Positions 1-11,123 of a DNA stretch of 64,000 nucleotides are shown piece after piece. Within the stretch, counting starts at the first letter, position 1. Each line of letters starts with the position of its first letter. Under the pieces are notes generated by a model. The model did no database searches and was not told the DNA's origin. It saw only the letters and a program-made list of their open reading frames with translations. The DNA comes from Chara braunii. Its lineage: Eukaryota; Plantae; Charophyceae. Where the stretch lies: NCBI GenBank assembly GCA_003427395.1, contig BFEA01000011.1:5436951-5500950 (forward strand), read 5' to 3'. The position numbers and the translations under genes were made by a program.

Positions 1-54
<54 letters not shown>

Positions 55-98
55 ACCACCACCAACTACCTCGATGCCCCACCACCACCACCACCACC

Positions 99-818
99 AT
101 CAGGGGTATTACATGTCCCAATCAGTGTCATATCTGATTCGTGGTCCATTAGAACCATAAAATAAAATTAAAAAACAAAAAACAAGAAACGAATACTCCA
201 CACTAGCACGCGAGAGCATTAAAAAAAAGAAGGAAATCTCCACGGGTGCGAGTCGCGTGTGTGTGTAAGAGAGAGAGAGGCAGCGAAAAGTTGCAAAACC
301 AAGGTACGCCCCAGCGCATGCGCGAGCAAGAGAAAGAGAGAGCACGAGAGAGAAAGAGAAAAACTACGAACCCCCAACCCCCAACCACCATCAAGTGTAT
401 TATCACTACCAAACAGTTTCATATCTGATCCGTGGTCTATCGGGACAAAAAAAAACAAAATCGGAAATGTGAGTGTGCACTTGAGGGAGGGAGAGGGAAA
501 GACAAAAAAAAAAAAAAAAATCCTCTCCCCCCCCAACCACCATCGTGTATTATCTGTATCGATCGGTTTCATACTTGATCCGTGGTCCAGGGGGGGGGGA
601 CTGAAAAAACTGAAAAAACGGGCATGCGCGTGCTTGAGAGAGACAAAAAAGAAAAAACTTCTAACTACCTAGGATGCTCCTCGACCCCCCTCATCAAGTG
701 TATTATCTGTCCCCATCAGTTTCATATCTCGGGACTAAAAAATAAAAAATAAAAAATTTGGCAACTGTGCGCGAGACCATCAGAAAAAAAAAGTGAAATC
801 CGCACTCCACGCATTGCA

Positions 819-889
<71 letters not shown>

Positions 890-1107
890 AAAAAAAAAAA
901 AAACTAACTAACTATGACCCCCCGTCTCCCACCACCACCATCAACTTTTTTTTTTTTTTTTTAACCCAAGTTGTTGCAGAGGTCGAGTATCGATCAAGTG
1001 GGTACTGTCATAGGAGCACTCGAATGGAAACTTCCCAGTAGGCAACCAACCCAGTAACCGTATCGATTCCAATCAATTTTATATCTGATCCATGGCCCAT
1101 GAGGACC
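99..1107 (+). repeat. Degenerate ~150-bp tandem array, units carrying a U2 snRNA core fragment
   Basis: Copies at ~99-149, 390-446, 542-589, 693-729 and a split copy at ~990/1060-1107. 693-729 ATCAAGTGTATTATCTGTCCCCATCAGTTTCATATCT matches U2 ATCAAGTGTAGTATCTGTTCTTATCAGTTTAATATCT at 32/37 nt. Units are separated by poly-A and (AG)n. Confidence 0.8.
821..884. repeat. (AG)n microsatellite
   Basis: Direct reading. Confidence 0.95.
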
Positions 1108-1165
1108 ATTTAAAAAAAAGGAAAATTTGCACTCATGCGTGGGTGAGAGAGAGAGAGAGAGCATA

Positions 1166-1458
1166 CGAGAAACGCCCTCGGCTGGGCCACCTCGATGATT
1201 GCACGTAAAGCTTTCGCGTGTGGTTCAGTAGCTCGGCGGGGTTACGCCCAACCAAGGGATGGTGATAGTTTCCACGGGTGGAGGTAAGTTGTGCCTCGCG
1301 AGACGTTATCCTGTCGTAGGGACTCGATGGAGGTATAGCTGGCGCACTCGGCTGGAGTGGCTCCGCCACTTCCCTTTTCGTGAAGCGAATTGCGAATTTT
1401 GTCAATCCTGCGTGACGAGGCCAGGAAGGTCCCTCCAGCGGGGACCGTGCGCTCGACA
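1166..1458. repeat. ~290-bp GC-rich dispersed repeat, inverted copy of 57335-57613
   Basis: CGAGAAACGCCCTCGGCTGGGCCACCTC...GCGCTCGACA is colinear with the reverse complement of 57335-57613. Confidence 0.85.
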
Positions 1459-1819
1459 CCGTAATCCATACCAAGGCCTCTGTAAGAGGTTGCCCCACCG
1501 ATTTCAGGAGCTCTGCCGGAACCTAGGCGAGGTTCTAAAGGCAGGGAATTGAGGAGTACTCATCATCTTCGTCTATAAACCCAGTTAAAACCCTTACTTG
1601 TACATTTTTATATGGTTTGACTGAGTATACTGTATGTACCCATATGTAAGTTTATGTTTGACTTTCAAGACTTAAACCAAACTTAAGTAAAATAATGCAT
1701 ATGCAATCTCAGTTTTATTTTTGTTGTCTACCTGAAGTCAAATCGTAAAAGGGTTGTGAATTGGGGGAAGGCAGGAGGAAGGTAGTTTTGCTTGCGACTG
1801 TCTAGGTCAACCAAAAGTT

Positions 1820-2585
1820 GGGCATTATTTCTTAGTTGAATGACCAGTGCTATGTTTATTTTTTATTGTCTGAAGGACTAAACACTGTTCCTAAGTTGGA
1901 TGGTCTAGTTGCTCTGATTTGCAAAGGTTGTATGTGTTTGCCTTTTCAAGACCAAGCATTGATTCTAAGTTGAATGGTTTGGTTGCCTTGTTTTATTTTG
2001 TTTTTTTTTTAGTGGGACTGAGCATTGTTTCCAAGTGAATAACTTAATCTCTTTATGTTTCTTTATTGTGTCTGAAAGCGGGAGTTTGATTTGTTCCTAA
2101 GTCGAACGACTCAAACTTTGTTTTGTTTATCATGAGGGAATCAGGCGAAGGACCAAATATTGTTTCTAAGTTGAATGGTTTGGTCTGGAGTCACGAACAT
2201 GTTGAACCAATGAATAAATTTCGTCTATACTCTGTTATTATTTTATTTACGAACCGATAAGTCAAACATTGTCTTTAAGTTGAATTGTCTTACTATAGCT
2301 TATCACAAAATGAAAATAGTATCAATTAAAAATAAATTGGTGGTAAGAAGGGGCAAGTTGAACTTATTTTTAAGTTGAGCACTAGTTCAATTTTTTGCTA
2401 CCTTAAGAGACTAAGTGGAGAAAAATATATATAACTTAGCTATTTTAAACAGTTCAGGGCGACTACGCATTGTTTATAAGTTGAATGACCTAGTCACTTG
2501 CCCCAAGAAGAAAAACATTGTAGTGCCCTGTGTTTGTGTACATTCAATGATTGAGCTAGACATTGTTTATAAGTTGAATGATTTA
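1820..2585. repeat. Degenerate AT-rich tandem array with recurring CATTGTTYCTAAGTTGAATG motif
   Basis: About 10 motif copies (1822, 1883, 1958, 2023, 2091, 2158, 2267, 2363, 2469, 2561) at 60-110 bp spacing. Confidence 0.7.
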
Positions 2586-2849
2586 ACTTCACGCCTTATG
2601 TAAGATGGGTATAGGGGATAAATCATTGAAAGACTATGAACTATTGTTGACAAGGTTTAACCCTTTGGCTAGTGAGAGCACTCGCCGTTGTGAGAGTTTT
2701 CTTTAGTTTGAGTTTCAAAGTGATAGATAGTTGCTTTAGATGCTCGTCACGTGCTGAAACTATAAGAGTTATTTCGATTGTTTTTTTTTCTTATAATTTT
2801 TTTTTACTTAGGTCAATTATTGCATTTTTTTGGATCATTTGTTATACTA

Positions 2850-3250
2850 GGCTTTGTATAAATTTCAGAAAGTTACTTCCTCTACAGAAAGCACTGCAAA
2901 AATTTTTACAAAATCAATGACTTAGTCAAATCTGGTTTTAAAAGTTTAAATTTTTTTCTAAGTTTTATATCGGGCTTAGTAAAAATATGAAAAAACTTCT
3001 TTTTTATGGAAAGTGTTGCCAGAATGTTTGCTAATTAAAGAAGTTTGATAAAATTTGACTTTAGAAAGTCAAGATCGGTTTCAGATTCAATGCTTTGCTT
3101 TGTATAAATTTTTGAAAGCTTATTTTTCTACGAAAAGCGCTTCCAAAATTTCTACAAATATAAGGAGTTAGATAAATTTTATCTTAATAGAACTTAAGTC
3201 TAATTATGAGTTCTTACCTGACTTAGTATAAATATGAGAAGTTTATTTTT
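2850..3250. repeat. Degenerate ~123-bp tandem repeat
   Basis: GCTTTGTATAAATTT...GAAAG..CT.CAAAAT..ACAAA recurs at ~2851, 2975, 3097 and 3220. Confidence 0.6.
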
Positions 3251-3625
3251 CTAAATGAGGGATCTCGGTTTCTCACTGAGGTCCTTATAAATCGAACCCA
3301 GGTTAATGGCAGATTGACGATTTAGGCAAAATAACTTTTTTTTTGCGATTAATTTATTTATTAACTTGATTGGGTGCGTGATTGACTATTACAAAAGATA
3401 ACGATGATTAAATTTTATGTTTCGTTTATGGTACAAAAACGTTGAGTTTTACCGTAAGGACGAACCCTGCCTAATTTTGACTAAAATAAGGATTTGCGTT
3501 TTTAGTAAGGTTATATTATGTAGTATGAACGAGTAGGCAGTAAGGTCAGTACGATGACAGACTGACATGCTGAAAGGAGTGTTGTGTTTTCTTAACAATA
3601 AGGTTGAATCAAAAGTTAGACAAAG

Positions 3626-4430
3626 ATGGCAGAAGATATAGCTGATGGTGTGAAAATGACAATTTACGATTTGGTCGAGGCTTTGGACTGGTGGGATGTG
3701 ACGCGAGACAATATTCCCAAAGTTGACACCTTTCTGTTCAGAGGTGAATGGATTTTTGATTGGTTGGAGTTGGTTGAGCAAGTAATGGTGGGTGTGGCAA
3801 ATGCTGTAAAATTTAACCGCATTTTGAAATACGTGTGACACGGTCTTCATGCAGACGTGAGTAAGGTTATAGCAGCAGCGCATGAAAGTTGGGGCAGGTT
3901 CAAGGATGGCATGCAGAGAACGTTTATGTTAGGGGATGACATATTAACAATGGTTGATCTGGCTGCAATGAACAAAAATGATAACACCACCGTCGGAACC
4001 CTTGTCGAGGAATTAAAGAAGAAGGCAAAAAAAATCTCAAGGATATCGGAAGAAAAGCGAGGCGCTATTTTCTTGGGTTTTTCAATGTCTCTGAGGCCTA
4101 TGTCTCATAATTGACGAGCCGAGGTGTGGGGGGTGAAAAACTCACCTGGGCCAGGAGGACGATGTAGATCAAGTCTATCAATTCCGGATTGCCGACATAG
4201 GCGGAAGGGAAAGAAACGCGATGCAGCCGTTGCGGGGACTCCGGAGGTAAAACGGATTATCACGGATGTGCTCGCAAAGCTAGACTATGAAAAGGGTCAT
4301 GCGGTGCAAAAGAAAGTAGTGACCAGGGTCCAAGGAGAAGGGAAGGAGCCAGATGTGGAGGCTGCGCATGAGGAATATGATGAAGAGGAATCGAAGCCCC
4401 AACATCTTACAAAGGTGCAGCGAAAGCAAC
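3626..4430 (+). pseudogene. Ty3/gypsy gag-like remnant
   Basis: FRGEWIFDWLELVEQVMVG...KFNRILKYV*...SWGRFKDGMQRTF...EELKKKAKKI has a retrotransposon-gag-like pattern and is broken by stops. Confidence 0.55.
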
Positions 4431-4462
4431 ACAATTTGGTACTCTATCCATCTTACTGCATC

Positions 4463-4521
4463 TGAATTCGAACTTCGATTCGTATCTTAACAATTCATGG
4501 GTGTACCAATTGAGCTAGGCT
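4463..4521 (-). ncRNA. tRNA-Asn(GUU)-derived degenerate cassette
   Basis: Minus strand: A box TAGCTCAATTGGT, anticodon-loop-like TTGTTAA, B box GTTCGAATTC, with tRNA-like 44-nt spacing. Homologous to 12814-12868. Confidence 0.55.
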
Positions 4522-4801
4522 CATCTGTTCCACTATCAATCCCATAACTGGTATCGTATCAAGCAGGGTCACTTCACCTCTATGGTCGAGGCCTAACCAA
4601 CCTGGGTAGTGTGGGGTGAAGATGTCTAGCTCTATTGGGAGAGGAATGATGTGGTCATGACGCTGGAATCGGAGAGAATGGGGTGAGGCTCGAATCTTAA
4701 GCGGGTTTTGATGTCGAGATGCTATCTTGCAAAAAGGATTACACCACTCCTCGACGCAAGACACAAATAGTTCAAAAAACACATCAGACATGATTTGTTG
4801 A

Positions 4802-5547
4802 TGATTTGTTAAAGATAATATGAAAAGCACACAATATCGTACTCAACTCAGCAAAGTACACAGAAGTATACGAATGCAAAAATCATACAAGTATTATGGA
4901 AAAACACAGTATCGTACTCATCTCCGCAAAGTACATAAAGGTATACGAATGCAAAAACCGTACACGTAAAAGTAAGAACAGCAAATACGCCGGCGGTTAT
5001 GGCACCCCGACCGGTTTCGACAGCCGCCATGCTGTCATCCTCAGGAGGAAGACCACCGAAACATCAACCCAAAACTGCACGTCGTACCACAATCCCACCT
5101 CCGCAGGGAACAATCCGCAGTCATCTCCGGAGATGCCGCGGTGTTCCTATACGTTGAACCTGGAAAAAGGACCTAACGACGCATCGGTCATTACTTTTAT
5201 AAGGCATCAACTCATGATAAAACTCTGTCCTATGTTCCGTCCGTCATGGTTCCCCGTACTGTGGAACAGTCATACCGATTCAGGTTCAAAAAAATCCCAA
5301 GGTACCAAAGCCTGCAACAGACTAATATGCTTTCAAAAAATATTACGACTCAAAACACCTACAAAGTAGACTAGATACCGTCATACATTCAACACAAAAA
5401 AAAAAAAAGACTCACGGCAGCTACCAAAAGGAAACATTCAAAAGTACTGACCTGTCAGCGGGATAATGCACTGTCCCATATGTCCTCGCTCAACTACCTA
5501 ATGAAACGGTCGAAGGTACTGACATGTCCGCAGGATCATGCCCTGTC
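4802..5547 (-). repeat. Pseudo-LTR (3' copy) of the PLE
   Basis: Near-identical to 10378-11123. Confidence 0.95.
5005..5048 (-). ncRNA. Minimal type I hammerhead ribozyme
   Basis: Minus strand: CCTC-CTGAGGA-T-GACAGC(atggcg)GCTGTC-GAAA-CCGG-TC^GGGG. Conserved core, 6-bp stem II, palindromic stem III, GUC cleavage triplet. Confidence 0.85.
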
Positions 5548-5739
5548 CCAACATGCCCTCGCCGAGGGCTAACTGGAATAATGCACCACTCCCCCACACC
5601 ATCCATACGGAAAGATCAACCTAAAAAGCAAATTAGAATTGCATTTGATCTAAGCAATCATGGTATAGTAAACAAACAGCCTAAGCAACAAACATTTAAA
5701 CTGAGTAACAAACGAATTAGTCAATGCCGAACAGCCAGT

Positions 5740-8576
5740 TGTAGGTTTAGGTCCATATGTGGTCTTTGCCCTTGACAAAACGTCATAGGACCCTTTCGAG
5801 GAAAGAACTGGGAAAATCCTTAATACGCAGCTCCCTCTGCAAGCTCAACACCCTCATGGGGATGGCTGATCTGACGTTAGTATTCCGGTCAATTCTATGC
5901 AAGCAACTACAAACAGCCGCACTCTTTTGCTCTTTGCTTCCCCACGAGTGGTAGGTCTGGCCGTTCTTGTATTCCAGACTCTCCTCCTCCCATAAGGACT
6001 TCTCGTTCTTTGAGGATTGAATGCAGCGTAAGTACGAGTAGACGTACTCCACGCTCATGTCAGTTCCCAGAAACTGCCAGTTCCCATCTCCCTCGTCAGT
6101 CCACGTTAAGGTCAGGTTGTCAGGATAACACACCTCGAAACCCTGCTGGATTCTCTCCACTGGTACCGTTCGTTTCCCAGCCTTAACAATCACGAGGCTT
6201 ACGTCATCCATCAGTCTGATACCAAAAACATATCTCCTCCATCCACCCAAACTCTGCAGGAATTGATATTCGACGAACGCGCACATCATGCAGGCCAACG
6301 GTGGGCTTGAAGATTTGCCCATCGGAATACCCACAACTTGGCGCAGTAGCACACCCGTCGCTCGAGTGTATGTATGCTCCAACTCTCAAGTTACGAAGCT
6401 TCTGATGTGTTTGAGCTAAATGACTCTCCAATGTTTATCACCTACCGTCCTCTCGAATGTTACACCCTTACCTCTGGTATTTACACGAATGCAATGTCGC
6501 CCTTTCTTCAAGTGATGGTCCAATGTCCTATCCACTGCTTTGACAATATCCTTGTGCGGCAATTTGCTGAACATGTCCTTGATATCATAGGACATGGTTA
6601 GCACTTCCGCTTCATCATCCAACAGTCGCACAATCTTCTTGTTGCATTGCTCGATGCGTGGTACCAATGTTGTTACAGACTTCAGATTGAAATGCCAGTC
6701 TGCAGGTAATGTAGCTAGCAGATAGTTCAGAGTTTTGGCTGTCGCTCGGCAGGTGCGGACTGTTGGCTCAGAAACAGTAGGGCAGATAGGACGAAATCGC
6801 GTCAGGTCCTTGTGCTTTGGTAACACATAGGCTTCTCCGATCTTCCCCTTCGAGTTCCACTTCACAAACTGCTGAAGCCCCCCATCCTTTGCGTCGGATT
6901 TCATCGTCCGATAAATAGAAGCCTCAGTCTCAGAGAGGATAGTATATCCGGGTGAGATGACAAAAGTACTCATCATTGCTTCGAAATATAGTTTCGGACA
7001 CATCACCAGAGTTTCCCCTGGATTGCGATCGAGTGGCGTCAGCACAAGACCGTTCAGTGACTTTCTCAGCAACTCAACATCCTTGGGATTAATGAAGCGT
7101 TCATCCTTATGATCACCTCCAATCATACGGCCAACAACATCAGATCTACGAATCATAGTCTCCGGGCCTCTGAAGTTGGCCCAACTGGTGAAACCAGCCT
7201 CGATCTCACGCATCAGCTGACACTCTCGGTCAGAAACTCGCAGCTTCGGAACATTATTTGCGCTGCAGATCATCGGGTCGACACCCAAATCTTGAAGACG
7301 GACAAGCACATGGTCTCCTACTCTAGGGTAGGGAAAACCTGCACAATTGCAGGTTGACACATCAGCCTTAGCAAAACTATGTTGATTATGCAACATGGCA
7401 GCGACCGACGGGTTCTTAACCCAGACAATCCTCACCATACCACGTGCAAAGTCCTTCATACAGGTAGGGATATCTAGTACTTCGATCTTATCATTGACTA
7501 ATTTCCGAACTTCCACGAGTTTTATCTTATCGTCAAACTTCAATCGTACAACTATCTTCGCGTTAATACTCCAACCAAACTTAGTCTTGATGACTCGAGC
7601 TACGACACGACGTAGATAAGCAGTAGAGGAAGCTTTATGAAAATCATATGCAGATTTCATGAACCTAATTAGGACATCGAGACTACATTTCGTCAGGACT
7701 TCAACCCGACGGGGATTACGAAACAAGGAGCACAATTTTTTATCCGGTCCTGCCTTCGGTTTCCACATAACCAAGTGTTCAACTTCAAATACACCACCTC
7801 CTTCCAAAGCAGCTCGACATTCTCGTAGCCTTCTGCTGAGGGCCCCAATCTTCACAACAGAATTTCCAAAGGCTGACTTAATTGATTTCCAGCCTCCGCA
7901 CCAGTTGTTGCCGAGTTCGAGAGCGACAGAAAACTTCCAGCATCCTGCATTCGCTTGTTCAGTAAACAAACAGAAGATGTCGAGGACCAAGTCATCACCG
8001 CTAGTAATCCTGGCTTTCACTGGTTGGACGGCAAGAACCCTTTTCGACACTGGTACACAGTCCCTCCGCTTCGAGCGCTCACGCTTGCCTTGTCTCTGAT
8101 GGGTCTTACAACGCCCAGTCACCCGCTTTCAATTAGTGTTCAAATCAGGTGACCAACGTCGTATATATAGTAATTCATATCTGCAGCTCAGACGCCGTGC
8201 ACATATCCACAGGTAATAAGACATAGGACTCAACTCCGTATACACGCCACCACCGATACAGATGAGTTTGTTTTTGTCCACGTGCGCAGATTGCCACGTG
8301 TTCCTTCCAGCGAATGTTCCGCATCGCATAGTCTGTCCGACGTATTAAGCTTTGCAGATAGGTGATGTAAGGATATAAACACCACTCGCATCGTCGTTAA
8401 AGGCATCCAAGCCGAAACGTTGATACAGACTCAGCCAAGAGAGAACACACTTCTGAAGCCAACGAATCTGATCGTGGAGGGCCAACAGGATAACAATACA
8501 CCTATACAATTTCTCGGTAGTGACATCAAATGACGAACATTTATGCCAGTCGACAAGAGTATTACACACACTCCAT
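5740..8576 (-). pseudogene. PLE ORF2: GIY-YIG endonuclease + reverse transcriptase, disrupted
   Basis: SGVYILTSPICKA*YVGQT (~8330-8385). RT motifs YVLPKHK..FRPI, SYDIKDMF, QVVGIPMGKSSSP, RLMDD and FLG. Contains stops and frameshifts. Confidence 0.9.
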
Positions 8577-8590
8577 AAATCTTCAGTTAT

Positions 8591-9850
8591 TCAGTTATCT
8601 TCCTCGATATCGTCGTCGTACTCCTGATGGACATCTTCGGTCCTGCTTTCCTCCACATGCTCATCAACATTGTCACCCTCCGCGTGCTCCGCTTCCGGCT
8701 GCGACCCATAGGCGACATGTGTTCGTTTCTCTGTGATGGCCAAAATAGTATCCATCTTCTTCATACCCTCGAAGGGTACGTCTTCCGTACGGCAGATGAG
8801 TTTCAATTCCTCGACGTTCAGGTTTCCCAACTCACGGAGGTTGTCGGTGACATAACGTAGCTTACCCATTTCTCCCGGCGCAGCGGGAATCTTCTTCTTC
8901 AGGATACTTCGCAAAGGCGTCTTCTTATCCGCAGGCGATCTCTTGAGTGGTTTTCGCCGACAGCTGAGCTGGAGACGCTTCGGATTCAGCTCTCCCCTCT
9001 TAGTTGGGCGCTTGGCAGGTGTTACCATAGGAGGACTATTGCCAATAGTGCGTTCAGCACTACGTTTCCGCTTTTCACTAATAGCCAGTCCCTCCGTCTG
9101 GGCGCTGAGTGCTTCAACATCGCTATCATCGGAGCCAACTTCCGCTTCCTCCGATGAAGCAGGTTCATGAGCCTTTTACTTGCCCTTCGCTGGTGGCAAG
9201 GATGATAGAACCCGATGATGAAGCTCCTCGCATACGCTTCCCATGCACACTCGAACCTCCATTCTCATGTCCTTCCTCAAAGCCTCTAATGCTTCCAGCT
9301 TTTTGCGCTTCCTCTCCTCCTTCTTCTTAGTTCGTTGTTCTTTAGCCTGTCTTTCCTCCTCCTCTCTACGCTGGCGTTCCTTCTCGGCTTGCTTCCGTTT
9401 CTCTTTTTCCAACTTTTGTTGCTCTTTCCCCGCTTTGCACGATTGCTCAAGATCAATGTAACTTTTTACATTGGCCAGTGAGCTAGTAAGTTGTTCCAAC
9501 TGTTGCCGCAGTGTAGGATCCTCGGATGTTGATCGCTGTTCATCTCTTCTAGCGTAGCGCGCTGGCGACGTAGATTGCCCTCGTTGTGGAACATTTCGAA
9601 AGGTACTTTCGCCCACTAGCCTTGGATACTGGTTCTTGTAATGACCAGGTTCGCCACATTCGTCACAGACAGGTATGAAATGCCGAGGTTGTTCTCGAGA
9701 AGGAAAACCTCGATCGTGTCGAATGTCATCATGGCGATCTCGTCGATCACTTCCGCTCAGCGCTCGTCCACCTTCAGCATTCGCGTCGCGATCATAATGA
9801 TGATCCCGGTCACGATAACCTCCATAATCCCGAGATCCCGAATTCGCCAT
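8591..9850 (-). pseudogene. PLE ORF1, gag-like (zinc knuckle, coiled coil, SAP-like motif)
   Basis: ORFs 9176-9880 and 8591-9028 are one frame joined across a single TAA (KGK*KAHEP). CDECGEPGHYKNQY is a knuckle with the last Cys lost; LGNLNVEELKLICRTEDVP..G is SAP-like. Confidence 0.75.
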
Positions 9851-10377
9851 AGTGAGCGGGAAAGTGATGGCGTAGCACAAAACAGTAGTTAGACGGCAAT
9901 CTGTCGAACATCAGTACTCAAGTCAATACGAAAAACTCCACGCGCTGGTGCTTGAATCAGACTTGATGTGCCAAAGTCGTCCACCGAGGTCAATGGAATG
10001 GCAAGCTAGGCAACGCACGGTACTTCGGTTGCGTAAATGCTCCACAGTGGTGAAGCGGTAGTAAGCATACTTACAGCGGAAACAGTAAGCAATGCGTAAT
10101 AGGACAGCTCCTCCAGAAGTGAGTCATTGCGCGTGACTTCTGGTTCGCCCGATGAGATATCAACATACCAGTATCAACTCGTCATCTCCAAGATAACGAC
10201 ACTCATGCGGTCGTAGAGCTGCATGCGCATATAGGTACACCCCTCAAGCTTAGCAACAACAAATAACGCCGTAAACATCACATCTATTCGTCTCCAGTAT
10301 AACATCGATTCGTCTCCAGCATAGAATCGTGCTCACACAAGCCAGACTCTTCCCAACTGGTTCACACGGGCCTTCGG

Positions 10378-11123
10378 TGATTTGTTAAAGATAATATGAA
10401 AAACACATAATATCATACTCAACTCAGCAAAGTACACAGAAGTATACGAATGCAAAGATCATACAAGTATTATGGAAAAACACAGTATCGTACTCATCTC
10501 CGCAAAGTACACAAAGGTATACGAATGCAAAAACCGTACATGTAAAAGTAAGAACTGCAAATACGTCGGCGGGTATGGCACCCAGACCGGTTTCGACAGC
10601 CGTCACGCTGTCATCCTCAGGGGGAAGACCACCGAAACATCAACCCAAAGCTGCACGTCGTACCACAATCCCACCTCCGCAGGGAACAATCCGCAGTCAT
10701 CTCCGGAGATGCCGCGGTGTTCTTATACTTTGGACCCGGAAAAAGGACCTAACGACGCATCGGTCATTCTTTTTATAAGGCATCAACTCATGATAAAACT
10801 CTGTTCTATGTTCCGTCCGTCATGGCTCCCCGTACCGTGGAACAGTCATACCGGTTCAGGTTCAAAAAAATCCCAAGGTACCAAGGCCTGCAACAGACTA
10901 ACATGCTTTCAAAAAATACTACGACTCAAAACACCTACAAAGTAGACTAGATACCGTCATACATTCAACACAAAAAAGAAAAAAGGCTCACAGCAGCTAC
11001 CAAAAGGAAACAGTCAAAAGTACTGACATGTCAGCGGGATAATGCACTGTCCCATATATCCTCGCTCAACTACCTAATGAAACGGTCGAAGGTACTGACA
11101 TGTCCGCAGGATCATGCCCTGTC
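10378..11123 (-). repeat. Pseudo-LTR (5' copy) of the PLE
   Basis: Near-identical to 4802-5547. Confidence 0.95.
10581..10624 (-). ncRNA. Minimal type I hammerhead ribozyme (second copy)
   Basis: Minus strand: CCCC-CTGAGGA-T-GACAGC(gtgacg)GCTGTC-GAAA-CCGG-TC^TGGG. Confidence 0.8.

Larger units (their letters stand above)
4795..11123 (-). mobile_element. Penelope-like retroelement, Chlamys-type (endonuclease N-terminal to RT), decayed
   Basis: Direct repeats at 4802-5547 and 10378-11123. TSD (TC)AGACATGAT at 4784-4794 and 11122-11132. ORF1 has a zinc knuckle and a SAP-like motif; ORF2 has GIY-YIG followed by a PLE RT. Confidence 0.9.

Noticed and set aside
1196-1230. Group II intron domain V (AAAGCTTTCGCGTGTGGTTC)
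   Set aside because: The 5' arm with the AGC/CGC triad is absent, so it cannot fold as DV.
1820-2585. CRISPR array
   Set aside because: The repeats are degenerate, the spacers are irregular and related, there are no cas genes, and the context is eukaryotic.
4896-5369. Duplicated 157-aa ORF (also 10472-10945) as a gene
   Set aside because: It is antisense within the pseudo-LTR, and its conservation is explained by the repeat.
8345-8347. Selenocysteine or readthrough codon in GIY-YIG, as in some Naiads
   Set aside because: The stop is TAA, not TGA, and the element has many other decay lesions.
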